In this document: positions 24,401 to 36,899 of the stretch, piece by piece
How the letters are laid out: each line of letters starts with the position of its first letter
How positions within the stretch are numbered: position 1 is the stretch's first letter
Assembly: GCF_001194135.2 (NCBI RefSeq)
Contig: NC_068986.1
Location: 102,380,942-102,428,452, forward strand
Direction of reading: 5' to 3'
From: Octopus bimaculoides
Lineage: Eukaryota
Length of the DNA: 47,511 nucleotides
The notes under the pieces: generated by a model
What the model was told of the DNA's origin: nothing
What the model saw: the letters and a program-made list of their open reading frames with translations, nothing else
The model's database searches: none
Position numbers and translations under genes: made by a program

Positions 24401-25019
24401 ATAAGTAGCATTAGTTAAGCTAGAGCGCATTGTTGTAATACTCAGATTAGAAGGTTATTTGAGACGACTAGTCTATGCATGCATATAAGACTATTCACAG
24501 TAATCCCGAAATACGTCCAAATACAATAAATCAAGGATCACCAATCTATATTGTTCATCATTAAACGGAATAATAGTATACGAAATCAAACGCCATTGGG
24601 AACTTAGGAAAATGTTAAACAAGCAACAATTGAACGGTGCCTCATACAATTGGAAAATGCATTGTGTTTGCGCAATAAAAGCGTGTACATTCTGTTCTCT
24701 ATAGATCAAAAGTGTTCCCCCTACATAAAAGACCTTTCATGATATGGATTTTCTATGATTGGTAATGAAGCATTCCGGTTAAATATTGGTGGTGTAACAA
24801 AACCTGTGATTTGACGGACTTTGAACTCACGAGCATAAAATCTTAATCGAAACTAAACTTTCATTTCATGAAATATATATATATATATATACAAATATCG
24901 TTGCAAATATGTTAAACTGTCGTATGTCCAAAATTGGCCAAATATATTTTTTTCAGTACTTATTTTTGTTTGCAATAGCCGGTTCTTTTGATCAAACTAC
25001 CGTATCTCCGGCAGATCGT

Positions 25020-25376
25020 TGCCGTACTAAAAATATCATTTACAAATGCACAGTATATGTCGGCTCGTGAAGCACCACATTCAAAGTTAGCGTGGGCAAC
25101 CACTACTCAAGCTTCAAGTCTCAAACAAAATCCAACACTACGTCTTTATCTCAGTTAATACATAAACTTAAGAAAGAATCAATTTCTTACACATTGAAGT
25201 GGCCCATAGTCACTTATGCTAAAACGTATAACGACTATATCAACAAGCGCGATTTTTCCATAGCTGAAGTCTTTTCCGTTATGCAATCCAGTTATTGTCT
25301 GAATGAACACGATAGCATAATTTTTACATGTCGCTACAAATTAAGTGACCTATTCTCAAAATACAAATTACAATGA
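25020..25376 (+). mobile_element. Penelope-like element GIY-YIG endonuclease remnant
   Basis: One reading frame with one internal stop: CRTKNIIYKCTVYVGS*STTFKVSVGNHYSSFK...TTSLSQLIHKLKKESISYTLKWPIVTYAKTYN. It matches the PLE pattern C...N.IY.C...Y.G.T...FK.R..NH..SF...TSLS...W.LK....Y.IKW. A pyrimidine-rich 3' tract follows. Confidence 0.8.
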
Positions 25377-26504
25377 CACCCCAGGTGTCATTACCTAACT
25401 TAACCCTTGACCTCATAGATATTTCCCTATATTTACTCACACAACAACCAACTTCTTAACCACCTCTATATTCCCTAAAGCTCCTTACTTCTTTCTATCT
25501 TTCTTTTTTTTATTTTTCCTTACCCTTTATACCATATAATTTCTCTTAATCTGTCTTCCTCCACACCCATCACCACCCCCTTTCAAAACTTCCAACTAAA
25601 TACGCACACATACACCTCTACTAGATCATACTGACGCACAATACATGTACACGCGCGCAACAATATTCTTAGATTTAAGTCATTTCTAGCATTTCTCCTC
25701 TTCTGTGGATTTTAAATTTTATTACAAATAATATCTCTTTACTAATCATACCATCTTTTTCTTGCCATAGACAACAAATACATAATCCTCCACCTCCCTT
25801 CCCGTCCCTCGACACTATCTCTCTTTTCTTCTCTTATCTCGTGACTTTTTCTTACTTTAGCTAATTTCAGTGTAGAGTCATTTGTAGGTTTCTTATCAGT
25901 GCATCGAATATGATTGGACTTTGTTATTTGCTTTGTTGAGCCCCTCATTCACGCACATAGGCCATGAATGCAGATTTAATTTTAACTTTTGTTTGTCTAC
26001 TCACGTAAGTTCCATGTCTTATACTTACTATAATATTTTATATTGCTTAGATTTTATATTCTATACTTAATACTATAAGTACAGGATATAAAAGATTATA
26101 GGATTTCTTGGTTATGAATCTTTTCTCAGCATCATTTAATTCTTCTAAGACTTAATTACTTTAAATTAAATTACTTTGATGTTTTCGCTATTGCTTATCA
26201 TTTGCATGTTGAGATGAATTCAACATGGTGATTTTTAGTTCTGGAAGACTTGATATTTTCATTGGTTTGGCATTTGAAACTATAAGTTTGAATTACTAAA
26301 ATGGTTAAGCAGATTACAGATGACAATATTTGTGTAAATACTACAGATCATCACATAGATAAAAGGATATCTAAATGAAACAAATAAAATGAACAGAAAC
26401 GATAGATTATGATTTGTAAATGTCAGGAAGCTTTATATAAAATGAAGCAGAAATTCAATGAGCGTCATATATACATATGACTGAAATTAGTAAAATTCAT
26501 AATA

Positions 26505-26606
26505 CACACACATGTACGTACGCACGCACGCACGCACGCACACACATATACATGTACATACACACACACACATAGAAATATCTATCTATCTATCTATCTA
26601 TCTATC

Positions 26607-26658
<52 letters not shown>

Positions 26659-26672
26659 CAGACACACAGATA
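26505..26672. repeat. Compound microsatellite (CGCA)n(CA)n(TATC)n(GATA)n
   Basis: Direct tandem units. Includes a perfect palindrome at 26579-26636. Confidence 0.95.
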
Positions 26673-26677
26673 GTATA

Positions 26678-27176
26678 TATAAATCTCAGTATGTGTGTGC
26701 ATAATGATTAACGCCCAAAATTCTCGACCGATTTTCACCAAACTTTACACACTTATTACTTATGCCTAAGGGATGGTCATGCACTATAGCATTAGCCCAG
26801 AACCCACGCGTAAATTGATGTAAATGGACATAGTTTTCTTGAATGTAGGGTTTCGCATACATTTTTAATCTTTTTATAAAAGTGGAAGGATTTTCTCTCT
26901 TTATTTATTTCCACTGTCCACCTGTATAAATCACAGTATGTGTGTGTATAATGATTAACGCTTATATTTCCACAATTCTCAACCGATTTTCACTAAACAC
27001 TCACACATTACTCATGTCGTAGCGATGGTCACGTACTATAACATTTTGCCCAGAGCTCCCGCGTAATTATACGTAAAGGGACATAGATATTATTACATAT
27101 AGGGTCTTCCATAATTTTAAAATCTTTTTATAAAAGTGAAACGAACATTTTAAATATTTATTTCCTCTGTCCACTT
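26678..27176 (+). mobile_element. Two diverged tandem units (about 250 bp each) of a Helitron-like non-autonomous element
   Basis: Units begin tataaatc(t/a)cagtatgtgtgtg at 26678 and 26925. They share ataatgattaacg, ccgattttcac(c/t)aaac, gatggtca, aatctttttataaaagtg and tatttcc(a/t)ctgtccac. A TATATAAA start plus ccgatttt..aaa is typical of non-autonomous Helitrons. Confidence 0.55.
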
Positions 27177-27871
27177 ACGCCAGTGATGCAACTGACTAGG
27201 AACATTGTACACGATGAATATCCGATACCAAACTACCTTAATCTACATATTTAAACTGCATTAACCTTTGGTAAGCTTATCTTTACCTATTCTGAGTACT
27301 TGAAATGGTTCCTTTGTTGAAAGGTTTGTTTACTTTTGATACCGTTGTTTCGTTTTAAGGATGCTTATTTACCCTTCCATTATGATATTTCGACTGTTGT
27401 CCATTGTATCAAATACGCTTTAGCATTGTCGTTCTATCCCATTTTACAAAATCACATATGATGCGTCCCAAGGAATAAACCTTTAGATAAGAGTTGTGCT
27501 TCCACTAGTGAAAGCTATACGTATCCTTCAGAAAGTTCCATACCAATTTAACTTTATGCAGTATTCGCTGTTAGTTACGCGCAGGCAATATGGGAAGACA
27601 GAATAGAGGGGCTTTTTTTAGCTCATCTCTCCAGAAAAATACACCACTTTGCTTTTGAATAAAATAAAGGAGAAATTTCAACGTCTCCCTCCAATTTCCT
27701 TACACTATCTATACGGCTGTTTCTGACAAGAAGTTTTGCTTTCAGGTAAAACAGCTATATTTTGTATTCATTATCCGTAATTTACTCCCAAAACACTTCA
27801 GTAGCTCTTCTTTGCATCGCTTGCAAACTTATATTTTCTGTAATAAATAAAGTGCAACGACCTCCACAATA

Positions 27872-28140
27872 NNNNNNNNNNNNNNNNNNNNNNNNNNNNN
27901 NNNNNNNNNNNNNNNNNNNNNNNNNNNNNNNNNNNNNNNNNNNNNNNNNNNNNNNNNNNNNNNNNNNNNNNNNNNNNNNNNNNNNNNNNNNNNNNNNNNN
28001 NNNNNNNNNNNNNNNNNNNNNNNNNNNNNNNNNNNNNNNNNNNNNNNNNNNNNNNNNNNNNNNNNNNNNNNNNNNNNNNNNNNNNNNNNNNNNNNNNNNN
28101 NNNNNNNNNNNNNNNNNNNNNNNNNNNNNNNNNNNNNNNN
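27872..28140. other. Assembly gap (N run)
   Basis: Run of n. Confidence 1.
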
Positions 28141-28204
<64 letters not shown>

Positions 28205-28618
28205 CTTATATATGAATGGAGTAACTGTCGGGATACGGACTCAGCTCGTATTTTCCACCTAATTATGTATATCACCATCGGCAAATTACTGTGATGATAG
28301 TACATATAGGAGCCAGACTTATAGAATGTCGCTCATCTCTAAGAGTGAAGAATATCGTCTATTCACTGCTGTTGATGCTCTCCTATTTCGTGTTTTCCTT
28401 AAACACTAGTTTTCCATTTTGAACTATGTCAATCTCTGCATATTTTCTTTCTTTCATTCTTTTATTGTTATGCTCCTTTCAGTCATGAGTCAGCTGCTAT
28501 GCTGGTGAGCAAGCACACACACACACACATGAACACACACACACACACACACATACACACACACACATACGCGCGCACACTCACATACACATATATACAC
28601 GTATGTATACACTCATAT

Positions 28619-29075
28619 GGAGATCTACCGCGAGTAGCTTGAGTGGTCTGTGCCAGCGCTAGAAGTAAAATGACCATCTTTGTTGTGAAGACCAAAGGTA
28701 TTCTTCTATCATGATAATACTTCGTCACATACAGCTAGGATGACATTCCAAAGGCTGGGGCAGTTTGAATGAGAAACGTTGCCCCACCCACCATATTCGT
28801 TGGATATTGCCCCATCTGATTATCATTTATTCCACAATCTTCAAAATCTTTGGACAGAAAGACTATAAATTCTGTAGACGAGGTGAGAACAGTACTGGAG
28901 GATTAATTTTCGTTTCGGCAAGTGAATTTCGAAAGTGGGCCCTTGCAACTATACTAGATAGATGGAAGACTATTGTAGAAAATGAAGGAGAATGTATATT
29001 AGATTCATAAAGAATATTGTTTACCTTAACTTTGAAAAATAAGAGAAGTATAAAAAATGATTATGGGATGCCACT
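28619..29075 (+). mobile_element. Mariner (DD34D, Mos1-like) transposase 3' remnant
   Basis: EIYRE*LE...KVFFYHDNTSSHTARMTFQRL...ETLPHPPYSLDIAPSDYHLFHNLQNL...LDRWKTIVENEGECILDS*. Contains the HDN and HPPYS.D.APSDY motifs, and a decayed TIR-like attatgggatg at about 29060. Confidence 0.92.
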
Positions 29076-29079
29076 GTTT

Positions 29080-29179
29080 ATTTTCTCTTATTTCTTTCTG
29101 TTGAAGAGCGTAGGCTCGAAACGTAAAAAGACTTTCTCACTTTCCCGAGAGTCAAACTAATACACCTTCTTGTTGTTTG
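29080..29179 (+). mobile_element. Short repeat family 2 with a hammerhead-like motif (Penelope-type), cut by a gap
   Basis: tttctgttgaagagcgtaggctcgaaacgtaaaagactt..cacttt.cccgag...aactaatacac matches 43915-43985. Confidence 0.7.
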
Positions 29180-29501
29180 NNNNNNNNNNNNNNNNNNNNN
29201 NNNNNNNNNNNNNNNNNNNNNNNNNNNNNNNNNNNNNNNNNNNNNNNNNNNNNNNNNNNNNNNNNNNNNNNNNNNNNNNNNNNNNNNNNNNNNNNNNNNN
29301 NNNNNNNNNNNNNNNNNNNNNNNNNNNNNNNNNNNNNNNNNNNNNNNNNNNNNNNNNNNNNNNNNNNNNNNNNNNNNNNNNNNNNNNNNNNNNNNNNNNN
29401 NNNNNNNNNNNNNNNNNNNNNNNNNNNNNNNNNNNNNNNNNNNNNNNNNNNNNNNNNNNNNNNNNNNNNNNNNNNNNNNNNNNNNNNNNNNNNNNNNNNN
29501 N
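29180..29501. other. Assembly gap (N run)
   Basis: Run of n. Confidence 1.
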
Positions 29502-29770
29502 TATATATATATATATATATATATATATTTGCACAGATACCTTTTGTGCGTGGATCTGCATCTGTGTTGGTCTCTGCCTACCCTATACATGTGTTGGCGT
29601 GTTTACGTCCCTATAATCTAGCTGTTCGACAAACGTGCCTAAAGTAATATGTACCGTGCTTAAGTAATAAGGACTGTTGTCTGTTCTATTGAATAAACAA
29701 CAAGTCAAGATAATGCTCCAGCATGGCAGAAGCCCTGCCTCTGAAACAAGCTGATTATAAAAGATAACAG
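29502..29770 (+). mobile_element. Diverged 3' half of SINE family A
   Basis: ggcgtgtttacgtccctataatctagctgttcgacaaa...gctccagcatggc...ctgaaacaag matches the 3' half of family A. Confidence 0.7.
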
Positions 29771-31289
29771 ATATAGAATATTAAACGTGTGTGTTCGTAT
29801 ATTCGCATACAAGTCAGCTATAGATTATATTATGCGCATATATATGTGAATACGTGTCTGTATGTGTGAGTGTGCAGGTGTATGCGGGGTACGATACACA
29901 TAAAATATTTTTGTAGGATCACACGCACACATATCTGCAGAGATGAAAGCAGACAATAAGTTAGAAGAGTGCTAAATACGATTATGCACGATTAGAGACG
30001 TGCATGCGCATACATTTGAGAATGATGGTGAAGCTACACTTAGTAGCATTTATATATTGTATGTTTTCTCTGTGTGTTAGTTGTAAAAATTCATGTTCTT
30101 CATTATATGCTTTATGCATATTGATATTACATGTAAAATGCCGGCGGCTGAATTGAAAGTGTACCGTTTCTTCACAGCCCACACTTATAAAAAAAAACAC
30201 ATCATGCACAAACTCCTTGCATCAGAATGAAAGCAATACTGAAACAATGGGATCCAACTTAGAGATGTATACTGTCGCAAAACTAATTCAAAGAAGTTAA
30301 TCAATCATATAATAATGGTTTCCATGCGTATTGTTTCTGACATTCGTTGCTTTTCGTTTTCTTTATTTATTGGTATCTGGCGTCACGTCCCGCTGACATT
30401 GATAGACAACCTCTTTAAAATCAGTGAACTCCAAACGAAAGTCGAAGAGAATTGCCAAGCAAGGAATGAAGAGTATTAAAAAAAAAAGCAAGTATATAGT
30501 ATAATAGTAAAATATAAAGAAATACAAAGCATCAATCAAGTATAAAGCGAAGTAGAGCCAAAACAATAAAAATCAAGAAAGCCAAAAATATAAATGAAAA
30601 AAAATTAACGTCAGGAAGGAAAATAAACACAAAAACTAATATTAAAATATGCCAAAAGAAATATCTAAATAATTTTCAAAAGAAAAACAAAATAAAGCAA
30701 ACTGTAAAACGAAATATTAAGAAAAGAGGGGGAAATGCCAATGAAGAAAACATAAAGAAAGCCAACAACTATATTTCGAAAATGAATGCAAATTTAAATA
30801 ACACATTCGAGTTATATCTAATAAAATAAGAGACTGATTTTCGTAGAAAATGTCCATCTAATGGAAATTTCTGATATTTATGAGTAAACATTTAAACTAA
30901 ATCTTGAAACACTTACAAATACATTTATTGATTTTTACTGCAACCGTAATTAAATGAGACTGATGCTTTTTACTGGTTTATGCGAAAGATTCTCGCTAAT
31001 TGCCTTACAGCATATTTAGAGAATATGGTTGTCGCCATAAGTGATGGGTATTTATTATTTTATGTAATTATTTTATTTTCGAGGTCTTTCATTCTTTGTT
31101 TTTTTTTTTTTTCGTAAAAACTGCGAAGTTATATAGTAAAATATATGACGATGATTGTCTGTGGTGCATTTTCTAAATGCCGAGCGTTGAAAGATGCAAT
31201 TTCATTTTAATGAATGAGTTTCTGTATTGTATAATTGCTGAAACAATACCTACATCTTATCATTGATAACATTGCATTAATATATTGTT

Positions 31290-31590
31290 GTTGTTTGTTC
31301 CTTCTCGAGCCTTGCATGGCTCATAAGGGCCGGTTTCCCGGTTTCTTTCGTGTATAGGTTACCCGCCTAGACTGGACCCCGGCATCGCAGGTGAGCTGCT
31401 AGCTGCAGGAGGATAGAGTGAGAGAGAGAGACTTATCGCGAAAGAGTCACCAGAAGTTCGCATTACCTTCTGCCGCAGCCGCGTGGAGCTTACGTGTTTC
31501 GCTCATAAACACACAAATCGCCCGGTCTGAGATTTGAATTTGCAATCGATCGACCACGAGTCAGATGCACTAACCATTAGGCCATGTGTA
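31290..31590 (-). mobile_element. tRNA-derived SINE family C (GC-rich)
   Basis: Reverse complement begins cacatggcctaatggttagtgcatctgactcg (A box TGGCCTAATGG), has a degenerate B box aattcaaatct, and ends gaaaccgggaaaccggcccttatgagcc...ggctcgagaaggaac with an (AAC)n tail. Confidence 0.75.
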
Positions 31591-32219
31591 TCCACATTAC
31601 TTTATTACAGAGCGGTTATCTCTTCAATGTTGACCGTAGTATTATTTCATTGAATAGAGTTTCCATGTGTTTGTTATTTCGTAGTTGATGGTCAATAGAT
31701 GTTCTACGTGCCCAGATTATCTTAAGAAGTTAAGACTATTCAGTTATCGATTTTCGAAAGAAAAGTCCCAATATAGGAGCTCTTTGATGTGCGTATATTA
31801 TTTGATTACTTAAATGTACACATATATGCGCGCGCTAGTTTGTGTTTGTGTGTTTGTGTGTACGTGCGTGCGTGCTTGTGTGTGTACATATATAATCACA
31901 CAAACAATTACATGTTTGCATCTAGGAGCCCCATTGTCTTCATGTATATTTTATTCGGATAGAGTTAAAATGCACTATACGCGAGTTCCATTTCTGTAGC
32001 CGGCAGATGCCAACATTTATTTAGAGACTAGAATTCTTGTGAAGAACCGCGCGCATTGATTAGTGCTTCATAACATTTCCGAGAAATTCCTGCATTTGAC
32101 ATATTTTATTTGATGTGTTTAGTTTGGATACTAGTCGTATTTATATATTTCTTTCCGAGAGGTTATGTGCAGGATGATATTTGGACACACATCTAAAGTA
32201 AAAAAAAAAAATAGAAGAC

Positions 32220-32620
32220 GCAGGAGTGGCTGTGTGGTAAGTAGGTGGCTTACGAACCACATGGTTCCAGGTTCAGTCCCACTGCGTGGCACCTTAGGCA
32301 AGTGTCTTCTACTATAGTCTCGGGCGAATCAAACACTTGTGAACGGATTTGGTAGACGGAAACTGAAAGAAGCCCGTCGTATATATGTATATATATATAT
32401 GTATATGTGTGTGTGTATGTGTGTGTGTGTATTTGTGTGTCTGTGTTTGTCCCCCCAACATCGTTTGACATCCGATGGTGGTGTGTTTACGTCCCCGTAC
32501 CTTAGCCGTTCGGCAAAAGAGACCGATAGAATAAGTCCTGGGGTCGATTTGCTCGACTAAAGGTGGTGCTCCAGCATGGCTACAGTCAAATGACTGAAAC
32601 AAGTAAAAGAGTGAAAGAAT
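32220..32620 (+). mobile_element. Near full-length SINE family A with an internal microsatellite
   Basis: A box TGGCTGTGTGG, B box GGTTCAGTCCC. Lacks the actatgcttccaaagaataagt segment present in the 15760 copy. Tail taaaagagtgaaagaatg. Confidence 0.92.
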
Positions 32621-33505
32621 GAGACCGGCAGAACAAGGAAAATATGGTTATACGCATAATGCAATTACTGCATACATTTTTCCCAATTAAACATAACTAT
32701 ATATATTACTTGAAGTGTACATTATATATCGCCCTAGGGATTTAAGGCAGAGCTAGTTAACAGCCCTATTTTTTAACCCTGCGCTATTCAGAGACGGCAG
32801 TTGTGGAAAGAAATATAGATAACACCATCAATACATATATGGAGTCAAAATGCACTGCAACTGGATGGAGCGCAGTTCCAGAATAGTTATCAGTGCATAA
32901 CCAGGGAATTAATATGAGTAGTATTACCTGTACGTATTATTAAACCGGCAATGAACTGCAGGAGGCTGACCGGATAGATTCTCTGAATTTTCAGTACAAG
33001 AAAGCAGGTAACAATGATGGTCCACTGTAACACATTTGTCCTAAGCGATCATGAGTATTCCTCCCGACAAGTTGCGGTATTGAAACCTTCAGTATACCTC
33101 ATTCACCAAATACCGACTATTAAAGGGGATATTATTTACATATATTATATATATTGAGTTAAACTTTACCTGGAAATGGATGCGTGGCATTCATTGCTCG
33201 AAATAGGGAGTAGATGGAAAGTCGACAGCTGATAAAGGGGCGTGTTTATTTTAGTTGTCTTGTTTTCCCTTTGTTTCTCTCGTTCCTTGCGTAGCCAACT
33301 TTATTTTTGTATTTCATGTTGTTTACGTTTTATGACGGCGTCCATATGTGCATACCTATATACATACACACAGATGTACACCCACCACCCGCACCCCCAA
33401 TATAAATATGTAACAACCATAATATACTAAATTTATGTACGTATGAACATACCGGTATGGGTGTTTTTATATATACGCGTGTATCTGTGAGAGATAATGT
33501 GTGTG

Positions 33506-33544
<39 letters not shown>

Positions 33545-33916
33545 NNNNNNNNNNNNNNNNNNNNNNNNNNNNNNNNNNNNNNNNNNNNNNNNNNNNNNNN
33601 NNNNNNNNNNNNNNNNNNNNNNNNNNNNNNNNNNNNNNNNNNNNNNNNNNNNNNNNNNNNNNNNNNNNNNNNNNNNNNNNNNNNNNNNNNNNNNNNNNNN
33701 NNNNNNNNNNNNNNNNNNNNNNNNNNNNNNNNNNNNNNNNNNNNNNNNNNNNNNNNNNNNNNNNNNNNNNNNNNNNNNNNNNNNNNNNNNNNNNNNNNNN
33801 NNNNNNNNNNNNNNNNNNNNNNNNNNNNNNNNNNNNNNNNNNNNNNNNNNNNNNNNNNNNNNNNNNNNNNNNNNNNNNNNNNNNNNNNNNNNNNNNNNNN
33901 NNNNNNNNNNNNNNNN
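33545..33916. other. Assembly gap (N run)
   Basis: Run of n. Confidence 1.
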
Positions 33917-34660
33917 CATATATATATATATATAGATATATGTATGTATACATGTATACCTGTGTGGGGGGTGTATGTATGTTTGTAAGTATATATATAT
34001 GTGTGTATATGTGTACAAATCTACGTATATGTAAGCATATATAATTGTGTATGTATTTGTATAAACCCATATGTATACGTCATTAGGTTCTGTAAGTACA
34101 TATTTCTATATGTATGTCTGTGCATGTATATATGTATACATGCACACATATATATGTATATGTGGATGTATGTATATATGAAAACAATTGAGTTATGTTT
34201 CTTTTATATATATAAATATATATATATATATNNNNNNNNNNTATATATATGTATATGTATATGTATTTGTATGTATGTATGTATGTGCATGCGTGGGTTT
34301 ACGTATGTATACATGTATGTATATGTATATGCGAATCTATTCTTTTGATTAGGTAATAGGCGTAGATGTATAGCTATGTGTATGTGTATGAGTCTATTTC
34401 TATTTATACATGTGCTTATATATAAATGGATATATATGTGTATATGCGTGGGTACGGATGTGCATGTGTATAAATGTGGACGTATGAGTGTATATATATG
34501 TGTGTGTGTGTATATATATATATGTATATACAAGTGCACATATGTATGTATATGTATATACATATATATATATAGATATGTGTGTGTATCAGTATGCATG
34601 TATGTGTACGTTTGTGTATATGTATTTATGTATGCTTGTACGTTCTCACACATTTATAGG
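33917..34660. repeat. Degenerate (TA/TG/TATG)n purine-pyrimidine low-complexity tract
   Basis: Mixed dinucleotide and tetranucleotide units. Includes a 10-n gap at 34232-34241. Confidence 0.9.
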
Positions 34661-34906
34661 TATGTGTTGTCCAACCCACTATCCGGCAGCGTCCAATTCT
34701 CTAACGGTTTTTTTCAAATGAATCAAGTCATAACCTTATCCATCTATTGTTTTCATAATTGGTCATAATGTCTTACGTTTAAGATGATTCCCATGCTTTC
34801 CCTGATGAGAAGGTTACAATTTTAATATCAAAGCTTGTAATCCTTTGAAATATATGTAGGAATAAAGTATGCAATCATAACATGCGTTTTCTCCATTCCT
34901 TAAATT

Positions 34907-34949
<43 letters not shown>

Positions 34950-35974
34950 GGAGCAGTAGCTTGACACAAGGAAAGAACGACATAAAAGTAAAATATAAGT
35001 AATACTATCAACAATGTGGTAACTTATCTTGCAACACTGATCTCCTCGACTTTATCCATCAAACACTCTACGTTAGTTTAATGTAATAATTCCATCTAAC
35101 AAACAAGGCTACAGCACTTCTTGATTGAAGGTATCGGAAGGCAGGATCAGTAAAGTTTCTATGGCTTTCATTAGTTATATATATTCAATATGTGTGTGGC
35201 GTGATATGAATTGATTCCTGTAATATATTCTGTAAGTTAAGGTTTAGTTGCTTATAGATGGTATCCACTTGTATGCAATGCAAATCATTTTATGTCATTT
35301 TGCATAAACGTCATCGCTCAAGGAATAAAATAGTCTTTCAATATAGAAATATTAATGTTCCCGTGCATGAATTTGTAAATGTGTGCGTCAATATATGCGT
35401 ATACGTGTATGAATATATGTGTGTACATAACCTGATGGTTAACTTCTGTTACAAGTTTATTTTTTGGATATTGCATTGATTCCAGAGAAGAAAATAAAAC
35501 AAATATTTTAAAAGGAAATGTCATGTTTAGAAAAATAAATACTAAATATCAAATCCCTATCGGCGTAATGTCATAATTTTATTGAATGATATGACATAGC
35601 TTTTATACGCAGCTTTCATAATCAATGTTTTAAATTAAAATATGTCCGTTATATTTTCAGACAATCAGGCGCCGAATATATCACTTAAAAATGCTTATTT
35701 TGCAACATTTTAAAAGCATAACTAATTTCCGTGCCTAGAGCTGATATTGCAGTAGATTGTTGAAAAATATGTCTTAATAGAGTTTTAAACATTCATTTCA
35801 TAGACCTCAATATAAAACTATGGGAAAGGTACAAAAGACTAAATAAAACATTGAATGAGCATTTAAATATTTTTGAAATATAAAAAACATTCAATAAAGC
35901 AGAATAATTGAGCAGAGTAGTTCCATGACTTATAAATATATTCAATTTAATACTGAACATTAGTTAAGTCCACC

Positions 35975-36071
35975 TGAATATATATATGCATTCATATACA
36001 TGTACATATACATACACACATCTGTCTATCTATCTATACCTATACACACATACACACGCATACACACACAG

Positions 36072-36164
<93 letters not shown>

Positions 36165-36165
36165 C
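35975..36165. repeat. (CA)n compound microsatellite
   Basis: Direct tandem units. Confidence 0.95.
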
Positions 36166-36899
36166 GTTAAATGATTATTATTTTATTATCCTTTAGTTTC
36201 CATTGACTGCATATAGTAGTTTATAATGCTTACTTCAGTGTATTAATTACACCATAGAAATGTTATGTTTATATAATTATCTTATTTTAAATATGGAAAA
36301 GAAAAAGAGGATGGAGATGCAGAATGATTGGAGATAATTACACAGGTGGATAGCCAATTCGTTTTCTATGTCTATTCAGGCTCAAAGCAACTCTCCGATA
36401 TTCACATAGGGAACTGCCACTGACAAGAATATTACTGGCTTCAACAAATGTGTGTGCGGGTATATGTCCAACGAAAGCGAATAAGGCACATGCCATTTTC
36501 TTATCTTTCTTCTTAGCAATTCTTTTCAACAGTATTGCATCTTAATTTGCTTTTCATTTCACTTTTCATTTCTTCAGTCTAGACTATATGTTTCTTTCTT
36601 TATGTTTTCTTCGATCTGTACTTCCCATTCAATGATTTGGAACGGGAGCAGTAGACTTGCTGTGAGAATCGGCTGAAATAATACTGTAATGACGATCCAA
36701 TCAGGGTGAGTGGCGATCCTTCATACATTAGTGAAAATATTGTTTACAAGTAGTCCTTCATTACAAGCACTGCATTTTGTTACCTTTCTGCATCAATGTA
36801 AGAGACATGCAGTTTGAAAATAGTGTAATTCTCGCAGCTAGAGTTCACCGTGCTATATTTTGTCATAAGTGTGGAACAGTACGAATAAGTCTTCTATAC

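Noticed and set aside
27230-27560. Possible further LINE remnants (27230-27560 minus, 23280-23480 plus, 4090-4300 plus)
   Set aside because: Only faint motif resemblance and too decayed to call by eye. A profile search is needed.
28483-28728. Minus-strand ORF with a signal-peptide-like MVILLLALAQTTQA
   Set aside because: It is the antisense of the mariner remnant (KVFFYHDN region) running into a microsatellite.
32866-32900. Imperfect hairpin tgcactg...cagtgca (about 32850-32900) and a 13-nt microexon-like site at 32995-33007
   Set aside because: The hairpin has a large asymmetric bulge unlike a pre-miRNA. The microexon is not frame-preserving and has a modest donor.
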